Positions 39,454 to 49,865 of a stretch of DNA of 64,000 nt are shown one piece after another. The position numbers were made by a program, and so were the translations under genes. The notes beneath the pieces are model-generated. The model made no database searches. It was given only the letters and a program-made list of their open reading frames with translations, and was not told the DNA's origin. Within the stretch, counting starts at the first letter, position 1. Every line of letters starts with the position of its first letter. Origin of the DNA: Psammoneis japonica (lineage: Eukaryota); assembly GCA_008632985.1 (NCBI GenBank), contig QPGO01000023.1, positions 279,266 to 343,265 on the forward strand, given 5' to 3'.

Positions 39454-40919
39454 GTGTGGGAGATGGTCAAGGGATGGCTTTTCTGACATGCTGCACTGAC
39501 AACATTGCAATGACAGACAAGAAGTTACAAGAAACAAGAGGAAGAAAAACTGAGCAGTGCAACAAGTGAGTGTGGTGACAAATGGTGCTTTGCACTGGCA
39601 GGTGCCAGCCATGGTTTGTTGCAACAGCAAGTTCAACACTTTTTGAGCCATTTTTTCTTTCAAGGCAATCTGCAAGAGATGGACAAGGTGATGTGATGAG
39701 CAGAAAACTTCTTGGCTGGTGCCTTGCAGCTCATTGCCACAGCTCAGGGTGCTCAGATCTGCTGGGTGTGAATGCATGCTGTCTGTCCATCCAGTGACTG
39801 AACATGTGCTGTTGAGAGTGTTGGGTTGTTTTCCACAGGAAGCATCCAAGGTTCTTGTGTGGGACTGAAGGTTTGCAAGAGCCAGAGGAGAGGGTCATGT
39901 GACTCTCCCCATTGATGGAAGAACAGGGGGAGTCTCATGCACCCATTTGATGCAAGACAAGGGCCACACATGGGCTGTGCACAAGTCATGTTGAGTTTTG
40001 TGGGTGGGGTGCACAATGAGCAAACTGGGGGGGGGGGCATCTTTTGCATGAAAGACTCAGTCCATTGCGTCCATCTTCAAGCAACCTCTTGTCTTGTTGT
40101 TTGGTTGCATGCTGGCTGGTGTCATTGGCACACTTTTTCAATTTTGCTTCACAATTCCCACAAGCTTGGTCCAAGGTGGACCTGTGCCTGGATTTGCCAG
40201 GGCATGTCTTGGCCATGATGGTGCCCTGCAATGCTCCATTGCACCTGTGCAGCGGGTGTGCACCAGTGCATTTTTGAACTGTGTGCTGTGTGCCAATGAG
40301 TGTGGATGCACAACACCAGAGAAAAAGTGGCAATGGGCGAAGCTCTGGTTTCTGACAAATGGCAATGTTGGTCATTCACACAATGCCCCAGCTGTTGCAA
40401 CAATCCAGAGTGCCAAGGCTCTGGCAGAGGCAGGCTGTGAAATGACTCTTGACTTCATCCACAGCACCATTGGAGCATTCATCTGGAAATGGGTTGGCGG
40501 TGCAGTTGATGAGCTTGTCCAATGTCATGCCAAAGCAGCAGGTCATTGGACATTTTACATGCTGAATTTTTCAGCCAAGTGGGGGCTCTGGCCTCTTGAA
40601 TGAAATGGCAAGTGCAACAAAGCCTTGAAATTGCACTGAGCAGTGCTTTCTCTGCATCTGTCCAAGTGCAGCAATGATGGCACAGAAGCAGCAAGAGTGC
40701 GCAGCCACACTGGCTTGGCACTTTGTCACAAAGGATGTTGCAACAAGTCTCTGGAGCACATTTGCACTTTGCAAGGCTGTTGATGCCAAAGAAACAACTC
40801 CAGGTGAAAAACATGTGGATGTGCTGCACTGAGCTGCAACAACCTCGGGCCTGTTTTTAAGGACAAGGGGGTGCATTGAAAGAGGCTGCCGCCTGTTCTG
40901 ACTGGGTTTGTCAAGGTGC
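39454..40919 (+). pseudogene. Tandem unit B (TPR remnant); continues at about 46938-47140 after the gypsy element
   Basis: Starts tgtgggagatggtcaaggg like 33501 and is colinear with unit A. gtttgtcaagg (40906) rejoins aaatgtttgagcagctccatgg (46949), as in the uninterrupted copy at 35040-35078. Confidence 0.8.
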
Positions 40920-41300
40920 TGCAGCATGCACTGTTGTGCAGGAAGAAATGTGCATGTTCACAGTTGCACATTTCACTGCATGTGTCAATTGCACCACAAT
41001 TTTGGATGTGTGCAAAGGACAGATAAATCACACAGATTTGATTTGATGTCAAAAATTGCAGGTGCAATTGATCAATGATGTTGACACACAAGATGCTGGC
41101 GTTGATTGCATCTGGATCTGTTGTCATGATCAGATGCTTCAAATGGCCTTTGGTCTGTAGAATCAGTGCAAATGCTTTGGGCCATTGAGAGCTCCTTTGG
41201 AGAAACTTAAAGTGGCAGAGCAAAAAATCTAATCTCACAATTTTCCACTTTTTGTGATTCGTTTTGCTTTTGTTTGCACTTGTTTTTCAAGCATGGTGCA
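40920..41300 (+). repeat. 5' LTR of the gypsy element
   Basis: Aligns end to end with 46543-46937 and has TG...CA termini. Exact ends are uncertain by a few bp. Confidence 0.85.
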
Positions 41301-43367
41301 TTGTGTGTGCTCACCACAGAAGGCAAAAACACAAAAATGAAGCTTTCACTTCATGCAGCTAACTCTGGGTCTTCTGTCAAGCAGGAAAAAATTGTTCTGG
41401 CACCTCTGGAGTCAATTTCTGAGCTGAAGTCACTCAAACCAATCCAGCACCTCATGATGGAGCAATGTCATCACCCTGAAGATGAGAAGAGTTGTGCACT
41501 CATGCAGTCAATGCCAAGCACTGCAACAAGCAGGGAGACCCCAAGCACACCAAGTTTTTGAAAACTTGTTGTCATTGCTTTGTTGGCCAGAACATCCAGG
41601 CAGAAGCAATCCAGTGAGTTCTGTCTGGCACGTGTGTTGTTGCAGGGAGACAATCTGCCAGTTTTTGAGAAGAGGGCTGTGAGTGATGAGTCCAAAGAAG
41701 ATGGAGGAGCCTGCAAAAAAAGCACAGCATTCTCAAGCCATGTTTTCCACAAGGGTGCACTTCAGAATCAGAAGTGACACCTGTGCTACAATCTCAAGAA
41801 GCCAGAGTCAATGAAGATCCAAGAAATTGCTGCTTTGGCTCAAGAAAAGTGAGAGAAGGTTTCAAGCTTTGCTCTCCCTTTTAGTCAAAGCAGCACTTAG
41901 ATGAAGATGAGCTCAAAGATCTTGTCTGCAACCTTGCACCTTGTTGATGGTGTTGTCAGTCAACCCTGCAAGGACCCAAGATCTTAGACCACACGCCTTT
42001 GCTGCTTTGACAGGTTGGTTGAGTTCTTGGAGCATTTTGAAGGTTGCTGAGGACACACTTGTTGACCAGACTCATGTCAAGTCTGATCCCAACACCAAGT
42101 CTGGGTTAAAGGCAAAGATGGGTCCCAGCATCGTGGTCCCAAAGTTGGTTGCCAGTCTGGCACCAAATGTTCTGAGTCCATGAAGCAGTGCAATCATTGC
42201 AAAAAGTCCACTCATGACATGTGGGTCAATGCTGTGTTGTCAAGAAATTGGCAAAGGAGTGCCAAGAGAACACTGGACAAAACTCAAAAAGGCAACGTTC
42301 AAATGGCAATTGCATGTGGTCATGTGTGACACTAAGAGTGCCTCTCAAAAGGAAGAGTTGAATGCCATGGTCACTCAAGCAGTCATCAAAACTCTCAAGA
42401 CAAGTTCATTGGCAAATGACAAAAGCACAAGGGAGAAAATTCTGATGCTGATGCACTCAGTGAAGAAGACTGCCAATTTGAGCAAATGATGCATGGCAAC
42501 TCTGAGGAATGACTGGCTCGCTCCTCCTGTCAAGGAGTCTTGCATGATGCTGGACATTGGGAAGTCCAGAAAAAGGTCAAAGCAATTCATGCCAGTCCAG
42601 CAGTCATTGCTCACATCAGCGCCTCTTTGGGAGGAGAGAAAACAAGCCTCTCTGCATGTTCTTCTCAACAGCAGAGCATCGTCAACCACAATTTTGTGCA
42701 AGTTCATGCCAAAAGCTGAGAACTGAGAAATCTGCCACCAAAACTTGGGAAACCAAATGCAGGCTCTTCACAAAACTGACGGTTGGGGTGAGGTGCAGTT
42801 CTCATTGCATGAATTTGACAAGCATGAGTTGATTGAGAAGATGGCACATGCTGATGCACCCCTTCTTCTTCATGTCAATGTGATGTGATCATGGGACATG
42901 ACCCAACAAGCTGTCTTGAAGTCACACCTGACTTTGCAAATGATGAAATCAGGTGGGAAGATGCAACCACACCAATGAAGAATGCGGGTGCACTCTTTGA
43001 TGCCAATGTCTTCAAGCTGATTGCCAATCACATTGAAGACTCACATGCTTTGAATGGTCTTGACAATGACAGGATCAACAGGATCCTCAATGCCAACTGT
43101 CATGCCAGCTGCCAAGAGTCTCAATGAATCTTTTTGATGTTGGTTCCTCCTCAGGTGTGTGGAAAGCAAAACCAGATGACCTTGCATTGAAGCTGGGCGC
43201 AACTCTGCATCATGCAAGACCACATCCTGTGCCACAGGCCTTGGAGGCAACCACCATTCAGAAGAAAGTGGAAAGACTCTGTAAGATGGGAGTCTCGAGA
43301 AGAAAAATGAGCAATTCTGAATTCTGAGCAGCCAAAACCTTTGTTCACCCCAAGAAAAAATGGTTGA

Positions 43368-44164
43368 GACCTGTTGCACTCATGGCAGAGGGGTGCAATT
43401 CAGGTGTGATTTTTGGGTGCAAAAACATGCACTTGCACCCCTCTGAAAAAAATTGCAGCCAACAAATTGGCCACCAAACACATGTTGTTTCTGCCTGCGC
43501 AGTGTTTTGTGAAAAAAAGACTCGTCATTGTCCATGATGGCAACAAACATCAGAGTGTCAAACAACGGCAACCATCAATCAACAACAAACTTCAATCAAC
43601 AAGAGATGCAAAAACTTGTTTCTGGGGAGCTGTTGTGGTGCATTCAGGAAAAAAATGGTGGCAAAAGACAGTGAGATTGAAGTCAACAGACAACAAAATG
43701 AAGGCAAGTTCATGCCCTTTCAGAAGAAAAACATGTCACAGCATGGTTGCTGAAACCTTGCCTTTGAATGCAACAATGACACACAATGTCAATCACATCA
43801 TTGCAAGTCAAGTGGACTTGTCAGAGCACAATGATTTGACATGTGCAAGGTCACAACAGAGCAAATGAATGCCACAGCATTCGATGCGGTCATTTGAGTG
43901 TTCAGCTTCATGTGCGTGCAAGTTGATTGAAATCAGAGATGCAAAGTTGTCTCTGGCCAGCTGTCAACAATTGTTCAGGAGCATGTGTTTGATGAATGTG
44001 CTGTCACTTGCAGAATTGCAAATGTCAAATTTCACACCCTTCTTGGAGTCTGCTTGTGTGAAAATCACCCGCAGTTTTTGGGGTGTGAATTCGTGCAACG
44101 CACCTTTTTGCACCCCCAAATTGCACTTAAAATTGCACCCCAATTTCCATGAGTGCAACGGGTC
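43368..44164. mobile_element. Non-autonomous DNA transposon (MITE, PIF/Harbinger-like) inserted in the gypsy RT
   Basis: Imperfect ~55-bp TIRs (gacctgttgcactcatgg... / ...ccatgagtgcaacgggtc) with 3-bp tga on both sides. Removing it rejoins the RT motif PKK..G to FLPDFFELNRR. Confidence 0.85.
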
Positions 44165-46542
44165 TGAGCTTGGTTCCTGCCTGACTTTTTTGAGCTGAAC
44201 AGGAGACTGAAGTGCACTTGGCATCCTTTGCTCAATGTTCAGGATGTGCTGCAGAAACTCAAAGGTTTCATGCATGCAACGTCAGTCGATTTGAACATGG
44301 GATGTCATCACATCAAAGTGGCATGACATGCACATTGTTTGCACATGATTGTGATGCCGTGGGGCAAACATGAACACTGCAAACTCCCTGTGGAAATTTG
44401 TGGATTGCCTGACAATCTTCTAGAGCACATGAGCAAATTCATGGCAAGTTTAGAGTTTGTCAGAACTTGCATTGATGACACACCATGCCTGACAAAAGGC
44501 GACTTCAAATGTCATCTCCAGAAACTCAAGGAGACATTTGCACAGCTCAAACAAGCTGATCTGAAGGTTGGTGTCAAGAAAACTTTTTTGCCTGGCCTGG
44601 CGCAGACTGTCTGGTTTTTCACATCACCCAAAATGGTGTTGCGCCAATCCCTGAAAAAGTGGAGGCCATTCAAGCAATTGCACCTCCCCCAAAACGTGCA
44701 GAGAATTGCATTTCTTTGTTGGCATGATCAACTGTTGTTGAGACATGTGGCATCAACAACATCATGCACTTGCTCCTCTGGCCAAACTCACCTCAACAAA
44801 GATCAAGTGGCAGCAGACAAGCACAGAATAAAAAGCCTTCAAAAATGTCAATTGAGCTGTGTCAAAGGATGCATTGTTGTCATGGCCAAATTTCAATGAA
44901 CCCTTTAAGATGTGTGCTGATCCAAGCAACTCTCAATTGGGAGTGATCACATCACAGAACAACCAACCCATTGTCTTCTGTGGACACAAGCCAAGTGGAG
45001 TGCAGACGCGATGTGCCACAATGGAAAAAGAACTTCTGTCTGTCATGGAAACTCTTGAGGAGTTCTGCATGTCACAGTGCTTGGCCAACATGTGAATGAT
45101 GTGTTTGCAGATCATAAAACCTTGCTCACAAGAACTTTGCTGCAGAAGGAGTCATGCCATTGGCATCTGACAATCAAAGAATGTGCAACCCCAAAATGAC
45201 TTTTACAGAGGGCAAGGCCAGTGTCACGCTGCAGATGGTGCAGTCAGCCAAGAACTTTCTGTGCAGAAAACAGAAGAGCCTGTGAAAAACCTCAGCACCA
45301 AAGAACCAGCTGAGAAGGTTGCACCTGAATCCCATGACAAAGTTTTTCTGTCAACATGCAAAGTTCTTGACATTGAACAAAGACAGAGGAAGACATCCTC
45401 TCTAAATTGTCAAACAATGCAGCATGTTGTGTGAAGGCTTTTTGTGGAGGCGAGCAAGTGAAATCAAATGCTCACATGTCACAAGGAAAAAACTGTTGCG
45501 CCAAAGTCATTGCAAAAGACAGCAACAGATTGGAGTCATGCATGCCTTCTGCACCCTGGCACAAATGGAGCTGAAGAAACAATCTCACAACACCTGTGGT
45601 GGTGGTCCACCTTTGTGTGAAGACACAAGAAAATGTCAAAATGTGAGACATGCTAGAAATTCAAGAAGAAACAAAAGAAATGTGGACACTCACCTCCTGA
45701 GTGCATGGAATCAGTGCCACGGGAAAGACCATGTGTGCACCTCATTGTGGACCACAAAAAGTGGGTTGCAAAAGCACAAACAGGAGCTGCTGGTCCACAA
45801 GTGTTTGACAATGATTGATCCAGCATCAGGTTGGTTTGAAATGGTGGAAATTCCAAATGAGAAATCCACAACTGTTGCGCTGGAATGTCAGAGAGAACAT
45901 GGCTGAATGGGTGCCCTTGGCCACAGTTGATTGTTTGTGACCATGGAAGGGAGTTCATTGGACGCCAACTCAGAACTGTGCTCAAAGATGACAGCGGCAT
46001 TGAGTGCAAGCTCACAACCACAAAAAATCCACAAGCTGATGCCACATTTGAGCACATGCATCAAGTGTTGGGCAGTGTGCCACATGCACTTGATTTGCAA
46101 AATGCACCTCCAGACACAGAAAATCCATTTTCTGCAATGCTGTCAGCAACAGCCTTTGCAGCAGTGCAATCAACATGTCACGCTGCTGTGAAAGCTGTGC
46201 CAGGACAATTGGTCTTCAACAGAGACATGACATTTGATGTCCAAGATGTCAACAACTGGAAATTTGTTCAGAGATGAAAACAAGAAACAACAAATAAAAA
46301 TGATGCTGAAGAGAATGCTTGACACAGCCACTTCACACACACCCACAGGGCAGGAGACAAAATGTCACTCAAGAAAGACTCTAAAAAACTGGAGCAGCCT
46401 TGTGCTGAACATTGTGCAATCACAACTGCACACACTGACAGCACAGAACAAATCAAACACAGTGATGTCATTGATGCTGTCAATGCCCACATCAAACAAT
46501 CCCATTTGACAGATGACTCTAATGTGCAACTGGGGAGGTGAA

Positions 46543-46937
46543 TGCAGTGTGCACTGTTGTGCAGGAAGAAACACACACACTTGTGATTGCACATTGTCAC
46601 ACTTGTCAATTGTGCCACAATCATGGATGCACATGAAGGACAGATCAGTCACACAGATTTTGTTGCACGTCAAAAATTGCAGATGCAATCAATCAATGAT
46701 GTTGACACATGAGATGTCAAAGTTGATTGCATCCAGACAATCTGTTGTCATGATCCACTGTTGGATGCTCTGAGTGGCCTTTGGTCTGCAGACAGCCACA
46801 GCACACCAGATGCTTCAGGCCATTGAAAAAACTCCTTTTTATGAACTCAAAATGGCAGAGCAAAATCCAATCTCACAATTTTCCACTTTTTGTGATTTGC
46901 TCTGCTTTTTTTGCACTTGTTCTTTGAACACAGTGCA
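46543..46937 (+). repeat. 3' LTR of the gypsy element
   Basis: Follows the PPT and is homologous to 40920-41300. Confidence 0.85.
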
Positions 46938-49339
46938 AAGGCATGTGCAAATGTTTGAGCAGCTCCATGGGGTGCAAACCACCAAAAGTGCTGTGACCAG
47001 CTGCAACAACATCAGTTTTGTGTTGTTCAAAATGGGAGACAACATGGAGGATCCAGCTGCATGCCAACAAGAGTGTTGACCACCACTCATGAATGTGCAC
47101 TCTCAGCAAAGACCAGCACTGCCTGAGCACTGCAGATTCCTTCCACAATGCTGGGAAGGCCACACAGGCCTTTGGGAGCTGCGTTTTGGGAAAGGATCAT
47201 CCCCAAGCCATGCACAGTCAAACAGCACCATTGCTTTGGTGTTGTGTCAAAAATGAAAAGCTGAAAAGATCTGTGTGGGGGAGAGCTGGGTGCTGACCAT
47301 TCAGACACACTGGCACCCTGGAGCGCAATTTGCTTTGTTGAAAGTCACTGGAATTGAACAATTCTCACACATCTGTTGCTTCTCACCATCTGTTGAGTGC
47401 CATCACAAGACAAAGAAGCCGTGCAAAACAAAAAGTCAAGTTGCCTCCCGCCACTGGGGTTGCTGAAGAAGGCAAGAGAACTGCAATCTCTGTGATTTTG
47501 AGCGCAACTCTGAGCACACCTCCAGAGATGATTCAGAAATGGGTGAGTGTGATCTGTTTGATTTTTTTGTTGATGTGCTCATCCAAAAGACAGAGCAAAC
47601 ATGTGCACCCAGAAAAAATTGACCGTGAAGAGGGTGAGGAGATCTGCGAGGCAGGAATCTCCATTGGTGCCGTGACAGGAACACATGGCATGGTGCAGTG
47701 CAAGAGAAATGACAACAGTCTGTTGTTGACTTCTCTGAAAGCAGTTCACTTCCAGATGAGTCAGGCATTTGTCCAGAAGAAGAAAATTGCACTTGGCAAG
47801 AGATTCGCACGAGCCACAAAATGCTGCTGACACATCGACGGCGATGATGGCAGAGCAACACAGGGTCATCGACTCCAAACTGCTGTCTGTCAAGAGCGAG
47901 ACGTGAGTGCCACTTCCAAGAGAAATTGAAACAAAATGTACTCAAGCTAAGTCCTCGTTATGATAGAATCGTCTTCGTTGAAGTGTTGGTCCTCGTTGGC
48001 GCTTGTTTGCGTGTAGGTTTGTCCGTTTGGGTCAATGGCAGTGGCGCTCGTTTTCATTCATGACACCAGGGAGTTGCATGAAATGTCAAAACAGAATGTC
48101 AGAGAGACCTGCCTGCACATGAGTGCCGCCACAGTCTGCACGATGCTGCGAAAGTTTGTGCACTTGCCACCAAAACGCTGCTCGCACTTTTTGCCAGGGG
48201 ACGTGCCACAGACACACAATGTTGCATTTGGCTGCAGGACAAATCCTGTGTTTTTGGGGCTCTGTTTGATTTGACAAAATGTCGAAATTCCATGGAAGGT
48301 TTCTCAACAATTGCCTTTTTTCCCAACCAGTGCTGAGACAAAATGCCCCCAGAAATGCAGGTGGTTGTGTCTTCACCAGACCCCGCCAAAATTTCTTGTT
48401 GAGAAGACAACCCACTGGATGGAATGAGAATGTTTAAATGATGTTGCACAGTGCGTGAAAAATGACAACCTGCACTCACTCAATTGGGTTGGCATGGTGA
48501 CATCAAGCACTGAAATGAACGACAAAACGGTGCGATAATCGAGGAGGGATTTTGGGGGGGTTAGTGACTCCAAGAGAGGGGGGGAGGGGAGAGGAGAAAG
48601 AAGGAGGAGGAGGAGAGAAAGGAAGGAGAGAGGAAGGGGTTGCGAGGGCAGCGAGCTTGATCTAAAAGGCAGAAGTGGTTTGAAGAGCCATCGTCAATTC
48701 TTTCTCCCGTTTCACCACCCGATGTGTCAGATCTCCGGGTGCTCCCATGTTGAAGTAATTTGGTGTGGTGACACAGATCGAGACATTGTAGTGTTGAAGT
48801 ATCTCTAGTATGAATTTTACGTAGAAATCTACGCAATTCAGGAGTTTCCCTCCGACACCACACAAAAAATCGACCATGAGAGCTGCAAGAGCCGGTAGTC
48901 GAAATTGTCGCCGTCACTTGTGATACTGTTGTGACAACAAAGCACGCATTAAAACTCTCTCTGATGAATGAATATACGAAAAGAGATGTATGAAAAACGT
49001 GAAAAATGGATAAGAAATGCTTGGTACTTTTTCCATTTTTTGAACTCGTCTCTCACCGCTCTTGCGTTGCAATTTCTGTTCGTTCTTGACAGATTGAAGA
49101 GCCCTCCTTTAAGCATTGATCATTCATGGCGTCTCTCATGCTGATGCTTTGTATTGTTGCCTTTTTGGCTTCAGCCGAGTGTTCACCCTTCGTTGACGAG
49201 GCTTTAGAAGTTGTTGGAGTGGTGGCTTTTCAGGGTTCATTGGAATTGCTGAGTGCGGCGGTACCACAAGCGCTGTTGACCGGGATATGATGGAATGAAT
49301 GTCACATGTTGGTTGTGGGTGTGGTTTGTTTTGGCTGGT

Positions 49340-49634
49340 AATCTACAATCTACCACTTTTGGAAAAGTCCGTGTATAAGCGGCAGACGAGGTTGCCCTCG
49401 TCTTTAAATAACACGGGCTACTGCCGAGGTTGCTGACTGCAGCAGCGCCTCGGTAATTTTTTTTCTGCAATAATGTTCATGTGGCCCCACCTCTGAACAT
49501 TGAGACGGCCAACGAGAGCCAAGGGGTTGCCCCCCGGTGAGGCGTTGACTGGTGCTTCCAAGGACGGGAGTGCCTTCAACCGCCGCAGACCCGAATCTCC
49601 GTTGCGATAGGGTTCACCTGCCCTTGAAAGGTGG
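49340..49634 (-). repeat. Structured ~260-290-bp dispersed repeat, copy 1 (SINE-like or LINE 3' end)
   Basis: Reverse-complement homologue of 61616-61876. GCAA-capped hairpins. Ends in tagattgtagatt. Confidence 0.8.
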
Positions 49635-49865
49635 CATTTGAGTGTGGTATTGTGATGAAGTATGTGGAGGACACAACAACCAATAGTTATAGAAGTGTGG
49701 TAGATAAGAAATAAAATAGTGAATTCGTAACTCATGGAAACTCAGCTCTGTTTCGAAAACACTACTGTGCGTCTCTAGGCTAGATCGCTTCTACGAGTAG
49801 TAGCTATCTCACGAGAATGTCAACAAAAGTAGTAATACATAAAGTATGCCTAGTAATGATAACAT

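Larger units (their letters stand above)
40920..46937 (+). mobile_element. Full-length but hypermutated Ty3/gypsy LTR retrotransposon
   Basis: Domain order gag knuckle CNHCKKSTH (~42189), protease VLLNSRASST, RT (HHARPHPVP; DLNMGCHHI; RTCIDD), RNase H (CADPSNSQLG; EKELL), integrase (MIDPASGWFE; CDHGREF; NPQADATFEHMH). PPT tggggaggtgaa at 46531-46542. Two LTRs. Confidence 0.93.
33400..48530. other. Hypermutated domain III (nested transposon stack)
   Basis: TA-depleted throughout. CG-depleted except in the LINE and at the edges. Confidence 0.92.

Noticed and set aside
41300..46540. Alternative genetic code or programmed recoding in the TA-free domains
   Set aside because: The elements also carry frameshifts and stops, Tyr is replaced inconsistently by C or H, and neighbouring genes use the standard code.
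48560..48650. Purine-rich GGA/GA tract as a regulatory or G-quadruplex element
   Set aside because: Low-complexity sequence with no supporting evidence of function.
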